In this document: positions 54,776 to 64,000 of the stretch, one piece after another | How positions within the stretch are numbered: the first letter of the stretch is position 1 | Layout: every line of letters starts with the position of its first letter | From: Geosiphon pyriformis uo1 | Lineage: Eukaryota > Fungi > Glomeromycota | Length of the DNA: 64,000 nucleotides | Direction: 5' to 3' | Assembly (NCBI GenBank): GCA_016748015.1 | Contig: JAAOMT010000703.1 | Span: 496,001-560,000 of the forward strand | Made by a program: the position numbers and the translations under genes | The notes under the pieces: model-generated | Seen by the model: only the letters and a program-made list of their open reading frames with translations | The model's database searches: none | What the model was told of the DNA's origin: nothing

Positions 54776-54890
54776 ACATCAATAGCAGCTTAACTATTTA
54801 GGTACAAAACCACTGTACAAAAAAATAGAACATATTCTAAAAAAAAAACAACAATCTATAATTCAGCCATTGGGAAAAACAAAAGCCCAT
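54776..54890 (-). mobile_element. Short LINE RNase H-like fragment
   Basis: MAEL...LEYV......(D)S(Q)AAID remnant. Confidence 0.45.
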
Positions 54891-57800
54891 TGTTATGAGT
54901 GATTCTTTGGGGTCTCAAATTAAATAACAAACCCATAACTTGGTGCTAAAAGTTATTTGCATTAATGTTAATAATCTGAAGATTTTGTATCTGAAGATTT
55001 CGGTTTGAGTTCTTGGTATAATGAACAGAGATTCAATAGTTGTTTTATCCATAGCTTCCCAGAATTGCAATTCTGTTAATTCTTTTCTTGGTATGATGGC
55101 CGGCAATCTTCTGGTAAGTATTCTATATCTTCTGTATATGTCCTACCCTCTCATAAGGGTCTTTTACCAGGCAATCTTTGACGTCAGTAATCTAGTGCTT
55201 TATTCAACCAATTAGTACACAACAATAAAATCAAAATAAAATAAAGAAGAAAAATAAAAGAAAATCATAAATAACCCAAGGCAATTTTGCAAGTCAGTAT
55301 CCTGTCAATAGCTGTGATCAAGAGCTATTGTTCTAGTGTGTTTAAGTATCAATTACTATTAACATGGAGTGTTGATAGTGGAATTAAGTTTGAAATACCA
55401 AATAGTTATTTATTGTATTTGGAAGATTGTCTAGATAAAATCTAAACTTGATAGTCCTTTCTTTCAGCTTTTAATTCTACTGCTATATATACATAATTGA
55501 GATTCCTCAATTCCTTAATTCTTCACAACAGGAATTCTGGAATTCCTGGAATCCTGCAATTCCTTTAAGAAAAATCCTGGAATTTTGGAATCCTACAATT
55601 CCTTGTGAGAATCCTGTAATTCTTGGAATCCTGCAATTTCTGAAAAGAATCCTGGAATTCTATATTTTACTATGTCTACTTCTGATTGGCTAATAACTAT
55701 GCTAATATATATTTCTTATATTTCTATGAGTAATATTATTCCCTCTTTTTAATATTAAACTCTGTCAAAATCTAATTCTGTTAATTCTCTTTCTTGAAGT
55801 ATTTCCTGAATTTTATTTTCGAGAATTACTTGTATTATTTGAGCCTGTAATTCTTCAAATTGAGCATTGGTAATCTTTTCTAATTAATTACTGGTAACCA
55901 TGTCCATTGCTTTGTTGAGTAAGATTTCTGGTCGATCCTAAAATGCTGTGTGTATTTGGTATATGGCTTGGGCCTGTGTAGATAAGTTGTTCTTTCCCAC
56001 AAAATGTTCTAATTATTGTAGTATTCTGGTGTTGAATAATCGCTTTGTTTTATCCATATATAGATTCTGGATATTCATGTGTTGTCCCAAGTAAAAATAA
56101 CAATAGTTTTTTGGAAATTGTTGTATCTACCAATTCCAAGTTTCTTTAGTCAACTCTTAGTATAGTGACTCTTTTGTCAACTCTTTTATTGCTAATTTTA
56201 CTTTTACCATGATTTTGTCAACAGTATTTTCTGTTTTCTTCTGTGTTTTATGTGGCAATGTCTTTCTAGTGTCTTGATATCAGATGGTTTGTTGATTAAT
56301 TGTAATTTCCATCTCTTGGTGTTGAATCAATTGAAAGAGTTGTTGTGCTAGTGAGTGGATGTTGTCTGTAATTTCCATTTTTCTGATATTTCTTGTCACA
56401 TCTACCATGTCTTTATATATTTTTTTGATGAATTAATTAACATATTGTTGTCAATGATGATGATTGGTTCCAGATCTCGTGAAATCTCTTCTGGTTGAAC
56501 TAGTATCTTCTGTACTCCTAATTGTAGAATATTACTGGTGGATGGTGGTGTAATGTTGTAGTATAGTTTCAGTTGATCTCTATGTGCTGCTTTGGTTAAG
56601 GTTTTGTTATCTAGTCTTAATTTGTAAGCTCCATTCCCTAGAATTTCTTCTATGTGAAATAGTCTATCTCATTTGGGGTCGAATTTTCTACTTCATTGTT
56701 TTTCTGCTTTGGTACAATGTAAGAGTATTTTGTCTCCAATCTTGAATTCAACTGATTTGTCTAGTAGTTGATTATCATGTCTTTCTTTCTGTTTTTTTTG
56801 TGACTTTTGTATGTTATTAGCTGCTCTTCTTTGTTTGTTTTCCAATGTTTCCATTAAGTTATATGTTTTTTTTAACAATGTCTCTTGGAAATTTTCTTCT
56901 GTTATTGGTTCAGTTGGATATGTATTAACCTTTATCTTAACTGGTAATGTTGCTGTTCTACTATATATCAATTTAAATGGTGTTGCTTGTGTGGTATTTT
57001 GCTTCATTGTCCGATAAGCAAATAATACTGATAATATGAACAAATTTCATTCATCCTGGTTTTCTTGGCTGAGTTTCACTATTGCTTCACACAATATTCT
57101 ATTAAATCTTTCAACTAATCCATTGGTTTGTGGATGGTATGGTGATGATAGTGGTCTCTTAATTCCGAATCTTTGGCTTAGTTCTGCTAATGTTCTATTC
57201 ACAAAATGGGTTTCTTGGTCTAATAATAGTTTTTTTGAACATCCATGTCAACAAATCAGATCTTAATAGACGAATTTGGCAACAGATTCTATATCCACTC
57301 TTTGAATTGCTTTGGCTTCTGGCCATTTAGTAAGATAGCCCATGGCTACTGCAATATATCTGTTGTCTCTGCTGGTAATTGTCAATGGTCTGACTAAATT
57401 GATTCTAATACGGTCAAATAGTTGTCACATTTTGATTGGTCTTAATGGTTTGCTGGGTTTTGTTCCTTCTCTTCTTTGACAAGCATTACAATTTTGCACA
57501 TATTAGATGATGTCTGAATATATTGATGGCCAATAATATCTCTTTCTGGTTCTTTCTATGGTTGCCTCTTTATGAAAATGTCTTGCAGTTGGATCTGAGT
57601 GCATATTGCACAGTATTGTCTCCTTTTCTGGTTCTGTAATTACTCTAATTGGTTGATCTGAATCTTTTCTATTTTTCTGATAAAGTATATTTTGGTGAGT
57701 GATAAAATATTTGGATTGTTGTTTGATCCTCTTTTGTTCTGGTTGAGATAATTTCTTCTTGAACTGTTGAGTATCTATATAATGTTGAAGTTGTTGATAT

Positions 57801-60800
57801 TTTTGTGTATTCATCTTTTGTTATATTTTCATGAGTATTATTTTGGTTTTGTTATATTTTTGGGTTGAAATGTTCTTAGATTTGTCTTATTTGCGACAAA
57901 TCATTAGCATTTCTGTTGTCTTTTCTCTTTTTATAATATATGGTATAAGTATATGATGCAAGTGCCATTTTCCATCTTGATTGTCTGTCATCTTCAAATT
58001 CTTGTTTCTGAAATGATGTCAGTCCTTTGTGATCTGTATACACTTTAAACTTCTGGCTCAAGTATTTTTTCCATTTCATGACTGCCCAATAGATCACTAA
58101 ATGTTCTAATTCTAGTGTTCTATAGTTCTTTTCAGCTGGAGTTAAACTTCGACTGGCATATGCTACTGGATGTTCTCTTCCATCTGGTCCTCTCTGAGAT
58201 AGTACTGCTTCCAATGTTTGATCTGATACATTGGTAGTAATAATGAATGGTTTACTATGATCTGGATATATTAGTACTGAAACTTGAATGAGCTTTTTTC
58301 TTAGTGTGTTAAAAGCTTCTTGTTAAGTTTCAGTCCGTTTATATTTCACATTCTTGGTTTGGAGATGATTGAGTGGCTGAGCTATTCTTGAAAAGTTTTT
58401 AATAAAGCATTAATAATAGCTAGCAAATCCCAAGAATGATTGTAGTTCTATCACATTGGTTGGTACTGGAAAGTTTTTTACTATTTCTATTTTCTCTGGA
58501 TCTGTTTTTATGCTGTCTTTGCTAACTATGTATCCTAAAAATTTTAGTTCTGTTTTGGCAAAAAAACACTTTGTTGCATTCAATTTTAATTCTGCTCATC
58601 GTAGTCTTTTGAACACTTGTTGAAAATGATGTAGATGATCATTGAATGTTTTTGAGAACACATTGGTGTCATCCAAGTATACAACTACTGATTTCCACAA
58701 TAAGCCAGTGTACATGATTTCTATTAGCTGTTGGAATATAGCTGGAGCATTGGTTAAGCCGAATGGCATAATTTCAAACTCAAAGTTTCTCTCTCTTGTG
58801 GTAAACACTGTTTTTTCTTTGTCAACTAGATCTATGGCTACTTGCCAGTAACCACTATCCAAGTCTAATATTGAGAACCATTTGTTTTCACCAAAAGCGT
58901 TGAATAGTTTTTGTATTCATGGAGTTGGATAGCTGTCTCCACAAGTTACACTATTGAGTTTCCTGTAGTCTACACAAAATTGGATTTTTCTATTCTTCTT
59001 ACAGATGAGTACTACTGATAATGACTATGGGCTCATTGATGGCTGAATTAACCCATTGTCAAGCATTCGATTGATCTCTTGACAGATGATTTCATGGCTG
59101 GCTGGTGGTATTCTGTAAGCTCTTTGTTTGATTGGCATCACATCTCCAGTTTTTATCTGGTATTGGATAATGTCAGTTCTACCAAATTCGTTTTTGCTAG
59201 CAAAGATGTTATTGAAATTATGAAGCAACATCTTAAGCTGCATACATTGAAGTGGGTCTAAGTTTCCCATGTTCATTTGTTCCAATTGTTCTGGTTGGAG
59301 CAAATAATATTCATTTCATTTGTATATTGTTTATAATGTAATATTCACATATCCACAAAGCTATGGAAAATCTGGAATGATGTTTGGTGGTTGATTTTCT
59401 AATTCAGTGTTAGATATCCAATGATAGTTTTTTCTGGTATTGTGATGACATCTCCTGTTGTATTATAGATAGGAATTTTGATATGATTGTGGCTCTTAAC
59501 AAGTATGTGAAGATTGATAAGTCCAATCTCTCCTGATTCATAAAGGGTTGCTTCTGCTTCAAAAATCTGTGCTTGATCCTTTACTCTCCTTTCTATTGCT
59601 AACATGTACTGGCTATATGATGCAATAAAAATTGCTTAACTGGTTGAGACAATTTCTCCTTGGCCAACAATTTTTTTCTCTGCCATATTGACTGGTATAT
59701 CTATTCTATCTGTGGATCCGAATCCCTGTATCCCTCTTGTTGTTATCCCTAATTTTTCTTTGTTTTCTACTAATACTAATTGAGCTACTTTAACCAGAGA
59801 CAGGAATATTGCCTATGCTATCTTTTCATTTGGCTTTATAATATAGGCCTTTTTTGAGTCATTTTGTAGCATGGCAATGATATTTCCTACATATCCCATG
59901 TCAATTATTTCTTCTCTTATATTTATCTCTCTTTTTACTAAACTACTCTTAAATGCTAATTGAACCTATTGTTGTTGCCAGAATTTCCAGTGCTATTTTC
60001 AAATCAATGCAGGTACATGAATGTGGTTCCAATTTGATGGCATCTTTTCCTGGATATCTCAGATCAAACCTGACATTGGTATCATGTGCGTGTTCTGGCA
60101 TAATACCTTCATTATTATTGCTGAACCATTTAAGTTTCTGTTCCTTGGTGAGATCAGAAAGTGCAATATATTGTTCATAGTTTGGATCGGAGTTTAAATC
60201 TGAGTTGGAATTGTTGTCATTGTTCTCGCCATATTGGATAGAACTGAAACCAGTATTTTTGTCATCATCATTATTGGAATTTGAATTGGGATTAAAAATT
60301 GATTCCGATTCTGATGCACAACTGCTGATTGGTTCCTCTTCTTTTTGAATTGTGTAGATTATGCGTGGTGGTGAATTGTAAATAAGATTACACTCATTAC
60401 AATATTGGAAGTCACATGGAATCAAACAGTGGTCACATAGTCAAGTGTTTATTTCTTCCAACCATTGTTCTTGTTCTTTTCAAATAAGTGCCAATCATTG
60501 ATAGTGCTCATAGAATTCTTCCAGATTGTTCTCAATGTTGCTAAATACATCAAATATTAGGATGTATTCAGGTTCAGGCAGAGCTAGAGGGTTGTTTTTG
60601 ATTTCTAGTAGTTCACTGGTTGTCGCATTTTTTGTCTTTACACTCACTATTCTTTAGAGTTCATGTTTGTCATGTAGATATCCTTCCAATCATTGTAACA
60701 CTCATTTCCAGGCATCATCAATTGGTGTTTTCTTGCGTATCCAGTTATTGATTAGGATTGTATACTGACAGGTTTCATCACATGTTTCCCCTCTTCCAGA

Positions 60801-63800
60801 AATGTTGTTCCACATTCCTTCATCAAAGAGAGTTTCCCCACAAGCTAAACATAGTGTATTATCCCATTTTCCTACTTGTTTTGGTCTTCCAAAGCATTTG
60901 ACAAGACATGCACAGCAATAAAACTTAGTTGCCATCTGGTATTCCTTATCATCACCACAGCATGTGCCTATTGACAACAATTTCTTGCCGCAATTGACGC
61001 ATATGAGCTTTGGTCAGCGATAGCTCGATAATTGTGGTGGTGTATCTGTATAAGGAGTGTAACTGGCAATTGGTAGTGGTTTCTCTTCCTTTGCTTTTCC
61101 TTTCCCTTTTTCTCTCTTATCCCATTCCCAACTTGGTAATTCTTCTAAGTTGTGGTTGGTGTTCTAGGCTTGGTCAGCATTTCAGATAAGTTCTGTTCTC
61201 TTCTGTTTTCCTTTGCCATTGTCATTCCATGAAAGTATTGGCAGCAGCTTGTTGTGTTTTTTATCGGCCCACAAGACTTGATATGCTTCCCAGGTAGGTT
61301 TTGGTTTTTCTTCTTTGAAGTTAATTAGTGGTGCTGTGGTGTTGGTAGCTTTGAAGTGACCACACGTTGCTAATACTTGTATGTGTCGACTATTCTGGCT
61401 GAGTACTAGTTTTTAAGTCATCCAATTGAGCACGGTGTTGGTTTTGGACAGTCAGTCATTACCAACTAAAGCTTGATATTGGATGGCTTCCATCATCAGA
61501 ACTTTGATGAGTACTACAATGCTATTGACTTCAATTGGAAAGTCATCAATTTTGCCAATTGGGGTTTTGGTGGCTCCATTTGTGGTGATAATTCTGGTGT
61601 TGACAGCACGATCAACTCAGCGACCTAATTGATCCATGAATTGTCATGTGATGATGTTGCCTGCTGAACCACTGTTAAGAATTAATTTGATGGAGTGGCC
61701 ATTGACCTTGGCATTAGTGTATATGGCTGTGATCGGTTTCTCTTCAAGTGCTGTTCCACTAAATAATGGCATATCTGATGGTTCCTCGAGTTCAAATGGA
61801 AAGATGAGATCCAAAGATTTATTTTCAGTAATTGTTATAAGTGAGATATTATTGATAGGTGGTTGTTGTTGTTTGATTCCCTGATTACTAGATGCAGCAT
61901 CTTCTGGAGTCATCAGGAGGCTTAAATAGTGTTGGGAATTTGGGTTTTGGGTGGGACCAGTGCCCAAATTCCACTGATGAGATCCTAATTGTTGATGAGA
62001 AGAACTGGAATCAGTTGATGTACAACCATCACCAATCTCCAGTTTTGGGTGATCCTTAATCTTGGGTTCCCTAATGTTATTTGAGCTGGATTTGCTGGTG
62101 GTGTTTGAATGGTAAGTGTTTAATAAATTGCTGGTGGCTGCAGTTAATATATTACTTGTGGCTGTGCCTGATAAATTACTTGTGACTGCAGTTGATAAAC
62201 TGGAGTTTAATAAACTGGCGGTTAATAAATTGGTTGGTGTGTTATAAGCAGATAAGTGGGTTGGTATTGGTCTTGATTCAGTTGATGGTTTGGAGTTTGA
62301 AACTGGCAATCAGGGTTTCTATATTAATTTCCCAATCATAGATTGCTATAAGTATGGCAGTTGGCTTTGATGTGCCCTTGTTTACTACAGTTGTGGCAGA
62401 CATGTGTTTCTGGCTGCCATGACTGATTGGATGATGACAATGAACATAACTGATTTTGGAAATGATTTGCATTTTTTTGATTGTTATGCTGTTAAGAAGG
62501 TTGATAAATTATGTGATTGTTAGCTAAATATTCCTCTAATTTTTAATTAATTAAATTACTGAATTGCTTCAATTTGGAATCCAATTCAGATAATTCATTT
62601 ATTGCTAGATTCACAGCTTAAATGTGATTAGCTTTTAGTTCAGCTGCTTTAAAATCTCTGGCATAGATAACTGTGGTTGGAAGGTCCACTGGGTGCATTA
62701 GACGTACTCGTTGTAGGATGCTACTGCACAATCCTCTAATAAATTGATTTAAAATCTGTGGCACTATGAAATAGTCAGCTTGGATGGCTTGTATTTGGCA
62801 TAGATTTCTATGGAAATGTCCCAAGTAGGTAGTGACTGCTTTAGTGTCTCTTTGTTTGATAGTTGTAAAGATGTTGGCTAATTTGTTGATACTATTATTG
62901 TTGCTAAAATACTGCAAGAATTTAGTTTTGAATCCATTAAAATTTTGGGGTTTGACAGTGAGGCTTTAATACCATGTATTAGCAGTATCCTGGAGAAAAT
63001 AAGGGATCGCTTGTATTGCTCTAACATCATCCCAATTATTGGCTGTAATGGCTTTGGCTACGTCATTTAACCAGACTTAGGCATTGTCTTCTTTACTGTT
63101 GAATTTGTTAAGTTTTGTAATGGGTGCATAAGCCATTTGTTGTTGCTGTAGTGATAGAAGTTGTTGTTGTTGTTGAGGCAGTACTGGTGGTAGTTGTTGA
63201 TTTTGTTGGTTTAGTGGTTAGATGGCCAATTGGTTTAACAAGTGGTTGATTGATGATAATAACTGAAAGTAAGTATTAATTAATTGCTTTGGGTTTAGAT
63301 TGTTTTGATTTAGTGAAGTTTAAATATTTGGAGTGTCATTTTCCTAATTGTCCAAATTTGGCTGGGTTTGAAAGTTCGGAGTTTCAATTTCCGGGTTTTC
63401 TAGGATCAAGTTTTGGTAAGTAAATTCTTGATCCTCAGATTTTTTTTCCTCTTCTACTTCTTGTTCTTCTTCCAATTCAGTAATTTTCCAAAGACTTGTG
63501 ATTCTGAAATTCAGTTAAGGTGGCAGTAATCAAAATCCTGATGGTATCGGCAATCGAGATTTAAATCCTTCAAAATACTTGCCATATGGTCCTAGTAGAT
63601 TCTTTTTTCTTTGTTTACTTTGAAATAGGAAACATTCAAATGCTGATGTCATATTTGATGTGGACACGTCTGTTAATGATATATTGATGGCACTTCTAGT
63701 GGTATAATGGTAGGATGGGTTGTTTGGGGACTTAACTCTAATTTTCTTCCAAGTGGGTGGTTGTATTTTTTGAGGTGTTACTGCTGGTGTTTATAGTTTT

Positions 63801-64000
63801 CCTTTGTCTTTACTTGTGTAAGTAATTGGATATTTTTGCTGTGTGTGGTGTTCAATTTTTTTGTTGAACTCAGTAATGATGGATGCAAAATTATAATTTG
63901 TGGGTAGACTGGTGTTTTGAATTAATTTGTTGTAAAAAGTTTCTCTCGCTAATTCAATATTCACAGATGTTTCTAACAGATAGACAATCCTTTCGTTGAC
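54891..64000 (-). mobile_element. Least-decayed Gypsy copy: 3' LTR 54891-55735, PPT, accessory ORF, IN, RH, RT, dUTPase, Cys-rich, PR, gag; runs off window
   Basis: ORFs 57503..57814, 57876..58214, 58596..58862 (VVVYLDD), 59949..60425, 60702..60980, 62618..62917. Confidence 0.95.

Noticed and set aside
61644-62309. Ser/Thr-rich mucin-like protein
   Set aside because: Alternative frame of the YQP-repeat gag-pol linker, joined to protease by a copy-specific frameshift

Overview
Eukaryotic, very AT-rich fungal DNA; gene and transposon content suggest an early-diverging fungus (Glomeromycotina/Mucoromycota-like, inference only). One intact host gene sits in a GC/CpG-retaining island (18061-22657, minus strand): an 11-exon Snf5/Ini1-family SWI/SNF subunit. 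By manual splicing it carries a C-X2-C-X20-C-X2-C GATA-type zinc finger built from three exons, one of them 19 nt. Everything else is nested, pseudogenised retroelements. The main family is a ~10-kb Ty3/Gypsy element with 13 LTR copies or fragments, 4-bp TSDs and one complete copy at 28581-38570. There are also a second, older Gypsy remnant and several LINE remnants. The main family has an unusual layout: long gag N-terminal extension without a conserved AUG - gag - protease - Cys-rich putative Zn module - dUTPase - RT - RNase H - STOP - integrase with its own ATG - conserved non-env ~210-aa ORF - PPT. Its LTR holds conserved hairpins, one of which pairs an internal tRNA-3'-end mimic with the PBS. 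Repeats show heavy, nearly indel-free C>T/G>A hypermutation in non-CpG contexts that stops at the host gene, which is RIP-like. All coordinates and alignments were done by eye.
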